Shown: one piece after another, positions 24,438 through 31,934 of the stretch | How the letters are laid out: each line of letters begins with the position of its first letter | Position numbering within the stretch: the stretch's first letter is position 1 | Assembly: GCF_000015225.1 (NCBI RefSeq) | Contig: NC_008698.1 | Span: 1-32,000 of the forward strand | Length of the DNA stretch: 32,000 nt | Source of the DNA: Thermofilum pendens Hrk 5 | GTDB taxonomy: Archaea; Thermoproteota; Thermoprotei; Thermofilales; Thermofilaceae | Direction of reading: 5' to 3' | Notes under the pieces: model-generated | Database searches by the model: none | Told to the model about the DNA's origin: nothing | What the model saw: only the letters and a program-made list of their open reading frames with translations | Position numbers and translations under genes: made by a program

Positions 24438-24918
24438 GCGCGCCAGAGACGTTGAAGAGCTTGTAGAGGATATAGTGGCGTGCCTAGGGCTGGACTGGAT
24501 AGATGTAAGGCGCCTGCACTTCGTGAGAAGCCACGGTTCACGCTCCAAGGCTTACGCCAGGATTTACGGCGTTCCGAGGATATTTCAGGTCGCCCTGGGG
24601 CTTAAGCCCTTATACATAATCGAGGTAGTCTCGGAGAACTTCGACAAGCTGGGCGATGCCGAGAAGATTAAGGTGCTTATCCACGAGTTGATGCATATAC
24701 CGAGGAGCTTCTCCGGGGGGCTCAGGCCACACGGCAAGTATACCTCCAGGCAGAACGTGGAGAAGCTTTTCAAAGAATACCTTGCGAGGAAGAGAAGCAA
24801 GAATATATACGGGACACTAGGTAATAGGATCGAGACCCATGGAAAAGCTCCTAGACCAGCTGGAAAAAGCCGTAAAGCTGGAGTTGTTAAACGCGGAAAA
24901 ACTAGAAGAGGGCGTTAA
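24418..24918 (+). CDS. predicted HExxH zinc metallopeptidase (archaeal SprT/COG4900-like) with a basic tail
   Basis: HELMHIP motif in a roughly 130-aa core. Lys/Arg-rich C-terminal 30 aa. Overlaps the upstream gene by 20 nt and the downstream gene by 80 nt. Confidence 0.6.
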   Translation: MPRIRYERARDVEELVEDIVACLGLDWIDVRRLHFVRSHGSRSKAYARIYGVPRIFQVALGLKPLYIIEVVSENFDKLGDAEKIKVLIHELMHIPRSFSGGLRPHGKYTSRQNVEKLFKEYLARKRSKNIYGTLGNRIETHGKAPRPAGKSRKAGVVKRGKTRRGR

Positions 24919-25309
24919 AAGCCTCAAAAGCGAGGTGATCAAGAGTATTCTGGGTAGCATTGCAAACGATTCGAGGAAGCACGCGGAAATCTACTCCGGC
25001 ATACTGAGGATACTCCGCGAGGTAGGACCTGCTATCACGGAGGAGGACTTTTCAAGGCTTGAGGGGATAGTGAAGACGCACATAAGGATGGAGGAGGAAA
25101 TGATAGAAACCCTGAACAGGTTCTTTAAGGAGGTGGACGACAAGAGAGTGGAGTACCTGTTTAGGTACATTCTCGACGACGAGGTAAAGCATCACCGCCT
25201 CCTGCTCAACATACTGGAGCTAATAGTTAAAAGAGAGGTTGTTACGGAGAAAGACATCTGGGACTTTATATGGAGAGAGGTCCCGTTCCACGGCACTCCC
25301 GGCGGCTAA
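24839..25309 (+). CDS. four-helix-bundle, ferritin/rubrerythrin-like hypothetical protein
   Basis: 156 aa, all-helical, repeated acidic/His helices (NDSRKHAEIY, RMEEEMIE, DDEVKHHRLL). Assignment tentative. Confidence 0.4.
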   Translation: MEKLLDQLEKAVKLELLNAEKLEEGVKSLKSEVIKSILGSIANDSRKHAEIYSGILRILREVGPAITEEDFSRLEGIVKTHIRMEEEMIETLNRFFKEVDDKRVEYLFRYILDDEVKHHRLLLNILELIVKREVVTEKDIWDFIWREVPFHGTPGG

Positions 25310-25722
25310 GCTTCCACTAGTACTTCCCCAGAGCAACAAACCCCTACTTTTTCTGAGGATAAGAGGCTCTCCAAGAGCCTGCCCACCTCCCTTAGCTTCC
25401 CTGCAAGCTCCTCAGCGCCCGGCAAGCCTTCTGCCTCGACAACTATGCCTGCTAGGTTCTCTCCTAGATCCATTGTGTGTACCTTGCCTCCTAGGCCGCT
25501 AAGGCGCTCCTCTAGCTCGGACACACTGGCGTTAACGGGCACTACTATGGAGAAGGATTCCTCGCTGAACGTCGTTAGGACGGGGACCTCCTTACCTTCA
25601 GCCACGTCGAGGAGCACGATCAGGGTTCTCGAATCCTCCGAGACTATGTTCTTTAACCCAAATCTTTCGAGTTCCTCGCTCACCCTGAGCACTACTTCTT
25701 CGACGTTTTTCCCGGTTTCCAC
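25306..25722 (-). CDS. hypothetical acidic protein
   Basis: 138-aa ORF with coding-like composition. A/T-rich promoter-like region at 25723-25761. No motif recognised. Confidence 0.5.
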   Translation of the reverse strand: METGKNVEEVVLRVSEELERFGLKNIVSEDSRTLIVLLDVAEGKEVPVLTTFSEESFSIVVPVNASVSELEERLSGLGGKVHTMDLGENLAGIVVEAEGLPGAEELAGKLREVGRLLESLLSSEKVGVCCSGEVLVEA

Positions 25723-25761
25723 AATACTTGAAGTAAACGGGGTTATTATTAAGTTTTGTTA

Positions 25762-26838
25762 TTACTTTGCATCGGGTGGGAGCATCCTCACGCTCACAGA
25801 TGGGTGGAGCCACTCGTTGTGGTCCCTGTAATGCTTCACCGCGTCGCTAGTAAGCCACTCGAAGCTCCAGGACTCGGCTACTAAGAGCTCGCCGTAGGGA
25901 AGGTCCACGCGCGTCTCGGCAAGAACCCTGTATACAAGGGGGGACATGTAGCACGGGGTCTGCGCGAGGAGGACGGAAGACTCCTCGTTCACAAGCGCTT
26001 CGAAGAAGAAGGGTGCCTCGATAAGCGTCCTGGCGGCGACTTTGCTCGCGTTACCCCGGAGAACGTAAACCCTTTCGGGCGCGAGGTGCCTGTCTATCCT
26101 GAAGCTCACGCCGTTGTAGGACCATAGGGGCGAGACGTGGGTTCTGTAATGGTAGCTCATCAGCTGCCTGCTGGGGGGAGCCGTGCCGAAAACGCTCTTC
26201 GCCAGGGAGTAGACGTCGCTCAGCTTCGTAAACGCGTACTTCATCTTGAAGTAGACTATCAGCACGTCCACCCAGTCCACCCACTTCTTCTCCCTCCTCG
26301 TCACGGGTCCCCTCGACGCGTAGAGCACATCCTCCAGCTGGTCGTAGGCGGGGACTACTATGCCGTGCGCCGCGACGTACCTCGTTAGCCTCCCCGTTGG
26401 AGCCCAGTGCCTGTACTCATCCCCGACCACCGTAGCGACGGGCTCCCGCGGCAGGCTAGCGAAGAACTCGTTGACCAGGTAGTCCGGGACAAGACCCAGA
26501 ACCCCCGTGAAGAAACCTCTCCCGATGAGCCTGTAAACGTTTGTAGTGTAGAGGGGGTACCCGGAAATGGGAGCACCCTCTATCAACGCGAAGACTTTCC
26601 TCAGGCCCGCTAGGTCGAAGTACGGTATGAAGTGTATCCCGAGACCGTTCCCCGAGAGCCTCCTCATAACGTCTATCACAGTGCTGTAGGGTAGCTTCGC
26701 CTGCTCCGATACGCGCGAGACCGTCGTAGAGTTCACGACGGATACCAGGACTTTCCACTCGTTCGGAGTCAGCCTGAAGGCTTCCCCGCTTCTCGCTATC
26801 GACGCGTACCAGCCTTCAAGTAGCGCCACAACAGGCAC
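25762..26838 (-). CDS. putative transcription regulator with two HTH-plus-small-domain repeats
   Basis: 358 aa. N-terminal wHTH-like LTPNEWKVLVSVVNSTTVSRVSEQAKLPYSTVIDVMRRL followed by a RAM-like segment. A second similar unit starts around residue 190. Assignment by pattern only. Confidence 0.4.
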   Translation of the reverse strand: MPVVALLEGWYASIARSGEAFRLTPNEWKVLVSVVNSTTVSRVSEQAKLPYSTVIDVMRRLSGNGLGIHFIPYFDLAGLRKVFALIEGAPISGYPLYTTNVYRLIGRGFFTGVLGLVPDYLVNEFFASLPREPVATVVGDEYRHWAPTGRLTRYVAAHGIVVPAYDQLEDVLYASRGPVTRREKKWVDWVDVLIVYFKMKYAFTKLSDVYSLAKSVFGTAPPSRQLMSYHYRTHVSPLWSYNGVSFRIDRHLAPERVYVLRGNASKVAARTLIEAPFFFEALVNEESSVLLAQTPCYMSPLVYRVLAETRVDLPYGELLVAESWSFEWLTSDAVKHYRDHNEWLHPSVSVRMLPPDAK

Positions 26839-26953
26839 CTGGGTATCCCTCTCCGAGGCTAATTATGTATTTATCGCTTGTCAACCGGGGTTTTCCGTGA
26901 ATTTTACGAAAAAAGTTCAAGTGTCGGCGCGCGACAGCTAGAGTGGCGCATCG

Positions 26954-27238
26954 ATGGCTGAGGGCGGGAAAACCTGCGAGAAAAGCTACTACTATTACAG
27001 GAGGGTAGCCGAGGCTGTACTCAGAGAGGCTGACATAGCCGAGCTTAAGGATCTCGCTCTCGAGCTCGTGATCGCGGAGGTGAAGGCGAAGATCGTTATG
27101 TGCGGGGGTGGAGAGGAGGAGAGGAGGGACGCGGAGAGCCTTCTGGAGGACATTGAAAAAGCTAAAAAGCTCCTGTACAAAGCTTACGTGCTGATGTCCA
27201 CCAAGGGGAGGAGTAGGAAGGTGGTTAGGTGGATCTGA
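26954..27238 (+). CDS. hypothetical small helical protein
   Basis: 94 aa with coding-like GAG/AAG-rich periodicity. Overlaps the next gene by 10 nt. Confidence 0.45.
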   Translation: MAEGGKTCEKSYYYYRRVAEAVLREADIAELKDLALELVIAEVKAKIVMCGGGEEERRDAESLLEDIEKAKKLLYKAYVLMSTKGRSRKVVRWI

Positions 27239-27654
27239 CCGGTAACATCCACAGGTTGCTCCTCGAGGCTTCGAGAAGCTTGAAGAGCGGGGTAATAGAC
27301 CCCCAGGAGTTCCACAAGCTCGGGATGGTGCTTCTTTCGACGGCGCTCTTAACGGAGGATAACTACTTCTTCGTGCTCAGCAACACTATGTACACCCTCG
27401 CGGACGCTCTTTCATCGTTCCTCAAAGTCTCCTCCATGCCCCTCTCGATGGAGTACAGAGGTAAGACGGAGGCGCTTATAGAGGAGGTGAAGTCCGAGCT
27501 CTCCCACGCTCTCCAGGAGATCGGGGAGGCTATAAGCTCTGGAGACAAGTGCAGGGCCCTGCTAGCCTCTTCCTCCATGCTGAGAGTATCCTACAGGGTG
27601 AATATGCTCGCGGAAACACTTAAGAACGTCGTTGTCGTGGGGAACCAGGAGTAG
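27229..27654 (+). CDS. hypothetical helical protein
   Basis: 141 aa, GTG start. Ends 2 nt before the CYTH gene start. Confidence 0.5.
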   Translation: MDLTGNIHRLLLEASRSLKSGVIDPQEFHKLGMVLLSTALLTEDNYFFVLSNTMYTLADALSSFLKVSSMPLSMEYRGKTEALIEEVKSELSHALQEIGEAISSGDKCRALLASSSMLRVSYRVNMLAETLKNVVVVGNQE

Positions 27655-27656
27655 CG

Positions 27657-28199
27657 ATGCCTAGAGAAGTCGAGGTTAAGTTCCGGGTAGAGGGGCACGA
27701 TGTTCTAAGGAGGAAGTTGCGCGAGGCCGGCGCCGCCTACGTTGACACCGTCGACCAGGTGGACATATACTTCCAGCACCCCTGCAGGGACTTCGCATCG
27801 ACGGACGAGGCTTTAAGGCTCAGGGTGAACTACTCGGGTAGCGGCTCCTACGCCGAGTTGACGTACAAGGGGCCCAAGGAGGGCGGATGGGCGAAGAACA
27901 GGGAGGAGATCGTAGCGAGGGTAGAGGCTGCGGAGGCCTTGAGGAAAATACTCGAGAGACTCGGCTTCTCCGAGGTTGCCACCCTGAGGAAGCACAGAGA
28001 GTTCTACGTGCTCGACGGAACCGAGGTCTCGCTGGACTACGTCGAGGGGCTCGGCTTCTTCGTGGAGATCGAGGACAAGGGCGGCGGGGTCGAGGCCCTG
28101 AGAGAAGTTGTAAGCAGGCTTGGGCTGACGGGAGAACCCCTCCCAAAGACCTACCTTGAGCTCTACCTCGAGGAGAAAGCTACGAGACAGCGGACTTAA
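27657..28199 (+). CDS. CYTH-domain enzyme (CyaB-type class IV adenylate cyclase / triphosphate tunnel metalloenzyme)
   Basis: N-terminal EVEVKFRV (ExExK), DEALRLRV, ELTYKGPK, NREEI, LRKHREFY, VSLDYVEGLGFFVEIE. This is the full set of CYTH tunnel motifs in 180 aa. Confidence 0.85.
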   Translation: MPREVEVKFRVEGHDVLRRKLREAGAAYVDTVDQVDIYFQHPCRDFASTDEALRLRVNYSGSGSYAELTYKGPKEGGWAKNREEIVARVEAAEALRKILERLGFSEVATLRKHREFYVLDGTEVSLDYVEGLGFFVEIEDKGGGVEALREVVSRLGLTGEPLPKTYLELYLEEKATRQRT

Positions 28200-28596
28200 C
28201 AAGCTCGTAGACGGTTACTGCGGCTGCTACCACGAATACAGAGTCGTAGACTACGCGCGACACGTGGTGCTCCAGGAAGACGTCGAACACCGGCACGGCG
28301 ACCCCGAAGAAGCCTCCATAAAGTACGAGGAGCGACAAGAGCCTTAGAGCCCACTTCGCAACGCCTCCCACCCTCCCGGGTTGAAGCTTCAAGTGGAGCG
28401 CAACCTCGCTTGCAAGAGGCGTTGCGAGGGACTCTGCTTTAATCAGGAAGACAATCGAAAGAACAGCTACGACGATATTGCCGACACTTACCCCTTTATA
28501 GACTGGCACCGGTATGTAGAGGCTCGTCGAGAACAAGTACATCAGGGCTAGCACTATGGCGAGCGCCGTGACACCTCTTACCAGGAGACCCCGCAT
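28180..28596 (-). CDS. hypothetical 4-TM membrane protein
   Basis: The track ORF runs to 28701 and would overlap the divergent TrxR-like start and its promoter. The internal ATG 28596 (MRGLLVRGVTALAIV...) begins at the first TM helix. Confidence 0.45.
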   Translation of the reverse strand: MRGLLVRGVTALAIVLALMYLFSTSLYIPVPVYKGVSVGNIVVAVLSIVFLIKAESLATPLASEVALHLKLQPGRVGGVAKWALRLLSLLVLYGGFFGVAVPVFDVFLEHHVSRVVYDSVFVVAAAVTVYELVKSAVS

Positions 28597-28644
28597 TGTG
28601 ACGTGGCTGGACACAAACGGGTAGAAGCCTCCCGGGGTTTTTCT

Positions 28645-28683
28645 GCTTTTCGGCTGTAAAGCATTTAAGCCTAGCCGAAAAGC
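28645..28683. promoter_or_regulatory. perfect 11-bp inverted repeat bracketing a TATA-like box
   Basis: GCTTTTCGGCT (28645-28655) and AGCCGAAAAGC (28673-28683) are exact reverse complements. The 17-nt spacer contains CATTTAAG. The right arm ends 1 nt before ATG 28685. Confidence 0.55.
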
Positions 28684-28684
28684 T

Positions 28685-29707
28685 ATGGCGGGGACGCACA
28701 TGAAGAAGTACGACGTAGTAATAGTGGGGGCCGGTATCGCCGGCCTAACCGCCGCGCTCTACGCGGCGCGCCAGAAGCTATCAACACTCGTTGTCAGCGC
28801 CGACCTGGGAGGACAGCTACTCCTCACGACCGAGATCCAGAACTTCCCGGGATTCATGTCTATAGGCGGCTTGGAGCTAATTAGGCGCGTAGAGGAGCAG
28901 GCGAAGACGTACGGCGCCGAGATAGTGTTCGACGAGGTCGTAGGCGTCGAGGAGAGGGAAGGCGTGTTCGTCGTGAAGACGGCCTCCGGCGCTGAGTACG
29001 CCTCCGACGCGCTGATACTCGCGTTCGGGAAGTCTCCGAGGGAGATGGGAGTCCCCGGAGAGAGGGAGTTCAAGGGTAGGGGGGTGTCCTACTGCGTTAT
29101 ATGCGACGCCCCGCTGTACAGGGGTAGGAGAGTCGCGCTGGTAGGGTGGGGGGCACACAACTACGAGAACATCATCCTGCTCAGAGACTACGCGAGCAAG
29201 GTCTACTGGGTGTTCCCCGGCGAGAAGCCCATCGAAGAAGACGAGCTACTAAGGGAGGCCCTCTCGAAGGGCAACGTGGAGCTCGTGCCGTTCTCGGAGC
29301 CCGCCGAGGTGAAGGGAGATAAGAGAGTGCAAGCGCTCGTCGTGAGGGATAAGCGAACCTCGGAGCTCAGAACGCTGGAGGTAGACGGGGTCTTCGTCGA
29401 GATAGGCTACGTGACGAAGACGGGCTTCCTGAGGGGCTTCGTGGAGCTGAACGAGAAGGGGGAAATAGTGGTCGACAAGGCGTGCCGTACAAGCAGGCCC
29501 GGAGTATTCGCGGCGGGAGACGTGACCGAGATGCCGCACAAGCAGGCAGTGATCGCTGCCGCTATGGGAGCGTGCGCCGCCCTCAGCGCGTACGCCTACG
29601 TGATGGAGAAGCGTGGCAGGAAGGTTGTCTCGACCGCGGACTGGAGGCACGTGGAGATCCCGGGGAAGAAGAAGGAGGGCGGGGGGCTCGCGATAAAGCT
29701 ACGCTAG
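28685..29707 (+). CDS. thioredoxin-reductase-like flavoprotein disulfide oxidoreductase lacking canonical NAD(P)H motifs
   Basis: FAD motif VVIVGAGIAGLTAA, redox CxxC in SYCVICDAPLY, FAAGDV. At the position of the TrxR NADPH site it reads GWGAHN (not GGGNSA/GGGNTA) and has no HRRxxxR. About 30-aa C-terminal extension. An alternative start is ATG 28700. Confidence 0.8.
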   Translation: MAGTHMKKYDVVIVGAGIAGLTAALYAARQKLSTLVVSADLGGQLLLTTEIQNFPGFMSIGGLELIRRVEEQAKTYGAEIVFDEVVGVEEREGVFVVKTASGAEYASDALILAFGKSPREMGVPGEREFKGRGVSYCVICDAPLYRGRRVALVGWGAHNYENIILLRDYASKVYWVFPGEKPIEEDELLREALSKGNVELVPFSEPAEVKGDKRVQALVVRDKRTSELRTLEVDGVFVEIGYVTKTGFLRGFVELNEKGEIVVDKACRTSRPGVFAAGDVTEMPHKQAVIAAAMGACAALSAYAYVMEKRGRKVVSTADWRHVEIPGKKKEGGGLAIKLR

Positions 29708-30792
29708 TAGAAGAAGACGTCCCAGCTTCTTTTCCTGTAGCTCCCCTTTATGTTTATCTTCGCGCCGCACACCGGGCACCTGTTGTCCTCCGTTAAATCC
29801 CACTTCACTATGAAGAAGCCCCTCCTCTCTATGACCCTGTGGCCGCACTTCGGGCAGTAAGTGTTCTCGAGGGGGTGCCCCCACACGTTCCCTATGTAGA
29901 CGTACTTGAGCCCCTCCTCCCTCGCCACCCCCGCGAGCTTTTCGAGGTCCCCGACCTCCGTCGGCGGGTAGTCGATCATCTTGTAGTGGGGGTAGAACCT
30001 CAGGAGGTGGAAGGGCGTCTCGTCGCCCAAGTTCTCCGCTACCCACCTAGCCAGGGACCTCAGCTTCTCCTCGTCGTCGCCCACTATTGGAACCACAAGG
30101 TTCGTTATCTCTACGTGGATCCCCTTCTCCTTCATTCTGAGCAACGTGTCGTAGATGGGGCTTGGGTCTGGCACCCCCATAAACTTTCTGTAAAACTCCG
30201 GGTCGCCTCCTCCCTTGAAGTCCACGGTGGCGGCGTCCAGGTAGGGCGCCAGCTCGTCGAGGGCCTCCGGGGATATGTAGCCGTTCGTAACCATCGTGTT
30301 GAAGAGGCCCTCCTTCTTCGCTAGGCGCGCAGTGTCCAGCATGAACTCGTAGAATATCGTTGGCTCGTTGTAGGTGTACGAGATCCCGTCCGCCTGCAGC
30401 CTCTTAGCCTCCCTTACGACGTCCTCCGGGGGGTAGTAGTGCCCGTAGAGCCCTCTCTCCAGCCTGCTCTGGCTTATCTCCCAGTTCTGGCAGAACTGGC
30501 AGAAAAAGTTGCAGCCGGGCGTGGACACCGAGAACACCGCGCTACCCGGGTAGAAGTGGGAGAGAGGCTTCTTCTCGATAGGGTCTAGATTCGCGGCTGT
30601 CAAGAGGCCGTAGACCAGCGTGTAAAGCTTGCCGTCGATATTCTTCCTCACACCGCAAACCCCGAACCTACCGGGGGCTATCACGCACCTCCTGTTGCAG
30701 AGATTGCACTTCACGTAGCCCGGCTTCCCCTGAACCGGCTCCCAGAATGCCGCCTCCCTGACGAACGGTTTACCCAGCAACTTATCGCTCAT
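29704..30792 (-). CDS. AmmeMemoRadiSam-system radical SAM enzyme
   Basis: N-terminal Cys cluster VKCNLCNRRCVIAPGRFGVCGVR, radical SAM GCNFFCQFCQNWEIS, C-terminal CPKCGH...CPVCG ribbon. Size and order are typical of this family. Confidence 0.8.
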   Translation of the reverse strand: MSDKLLGKPFVREAAFWEPVQGKPGYVKCNLCNRRCVIAPGRFGVCGVRKNIDGKLYTLVYGLLTAANLDPIEKKPLSHFYPGSAVFSVSTPGCNFFCQFCQNWEISQSRLERGLYGHYYPPEDVVREAKRLQADGISYTYNEPTIFYEFMLDTARLAKKEGLFNTMVTNGYISPEALDELAPYLDAATVDFKGGGDPEFYRKFMGVPDPSPIYDTLLRMKEKGIHVEITNLVVPIVGDDEEKLRSLARWVAENLGDETPFHLLRFYPHYKMIDYPPTEVGDLEKLAGVAREEGLKYVYIGNVWGHPLENTYCPKCGHRVIERRGFFIVKWDLTEDNRCPVCGAKINIKGSYRKRSWDVFFY

Positions 30793-30843
30793 TCTACGAG
30801 AATAAACGCCCCGCGCCTTTAAAACCTTTACCGAAGCGCTACG

Positions 30844-31857
30844 CTAGAGCTCCTCCTCGACCTCCACAGCGATGCTCCTATCGAGCTCTTCGAGCGCCTT
30901 CGCCTTCTCCTCGATTCTCCGCTTGTCGACACCCTTGTTGAGGTGGCCGTTGATTACAATCACGAGCCTCGAGCCGCGCAGCTCTGTGCCCACGTAGGTC
31001 CCCTCGCCGGCGTAGGCGTTCTTGAAGGCGTCTCCGAGCCTGACGGCCGCCGCTATGACTCCCGCTTTTACCCCGAGCCTCTCGATGCGCGGGTCCTCCG
31101 TCAGCCTGGTCTTCCTCCTGTGGTGGTACACGGCAAACGAGACTATGTCGACGTCGCAGACCCCCCTTAGGAGGGGGTTTCTCTTAACCCACTCAGCCCC
31201 AACCTCGTGGTGCCTCTCCTCGGGGCCGAGAACCCTTCCCACGTCGTGCAGGAGTCCCGCCAGGTAGGCGTTCACGTAGTCCCTCCTATCGAAGCCGTAG
31301 ATACCGGAGAGGGATTCGAGCACGTCGAGAGCGACGCCGGCAACGCTCGACGCGTGGTCCAAGAACTTCCAGTACCCCTCGTCTTCGAGCTCCAGGAGGA
31401 GCCTTTCGAGGAAGCCGACGTCGAGAAGCCCCTTGACGCGGTAGAACCACCTCACGGCTAGAGCTTGCGACAGCGTCTCGTTCTCGTACCCGAGGCGCCG
31501 CAACCTGCGGAGCACGCCTTCAAAAGAGGAACCGTCCCTAAGCGCGAGGATCATGGCGACAGTGCTCCCGCTCCTACCTATCCCGCCGTAGCAGTGCACG
31601 AGAACCCCTCTACCGCTCTCCAGGTAGCGTAGCGACGGGAGGACTGCCTTCACGAGGACCCCCTCGAAGGCCCTGAAGGAGAAGTCCGGGATGGGGTAGT
31701 TCACCCTGTCGACCCCGCTCGGAACGCTGTACTGGCACTCCTCCTCGGTGAGGTCTACGACGAGCCCGAGCCCCCGCTTTGCGAGGGTTTCCAGTAGGTC
31801 GTCGTCTGGGCACGACGACCAGTAGAGCCCGCCCCCGAGATCCCTAAACCTCGCCAC
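30844..31857 (-). CDS. dual-specificity (Cys-based) phosphatase fused to an HD-domain phosphohydrolase
   Basis: N-terminal HCX5R loop VHCYGGIGRSGS. C-terminal HD signature LDHASSV, LLHDVGR, HHEVGA, YHHRR, LGDAF. GTG start with TATA-like element about 28 nt upstream. Confidence 0.8.
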   Translation of the reverse strand: MARFRDLGGGLYWSSCPDDDLLETLAKRGLGLVVDLTEEECQYSVPSGVDRVNYPIPDFSFRAFEGVLVKAVLPSLRYLESGRGVLVHCYGGIGRSGSTVAMILALRDGSSFEGVLRRLRRLGYENETLSQALAVRWFYRVKGLLDVGFLERLLLELEDEGYWKFLDHASSVAGVALDVLESLSGIYGFDRRDYVNAYLAGLLHDVGRVLGPEERHHEVGAEWVKRNPLLRGVCDVDIVSFAVYHHRRKTRLTEDPRIERLGVKAGVIAAAVRLGDAFKNAYAGEGTYVGTELRGSRLVIVINGHLNKGVDKRRIEEKAKALEELDRSIAVEVEEEL

Positions 31858-31934
31858 GTGCTTTAGGTCCGGATCGGCGTTAAAAACCTCTCCGCGACGC
31901 TAAGCTCATAAAGGGCGTGCCCGCGTATACTTTG

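Noticed and set aside
27813-28202. Minus-strand ORFs (129 aa, 108 aa) and a 90-aa plus-strand off-frame ORF within the CYTH gene
   Set aside because: They are Arg/Pro-rich shadow frames, whereas the CYTH frame carries the complete motif set.
28597-28701. 35-codon N-terminal extension of the minus-strand membrane ORF
   Set aside because: It would overlap the divergent TrxR-like start and read through the 11-bp inverted repeat and the TATA box. The hydrophobic protein core starts at ATG 28596.
29839-30324. 161-aa plus-strand ORF and 115-aa minus-strand off-frame ORF (29699..30046) within the radical SAM gene
   Set aside because: They are antisense or off-frame to a gene with clear CX3CX2C and family motifs, and their composition is low-complexity.
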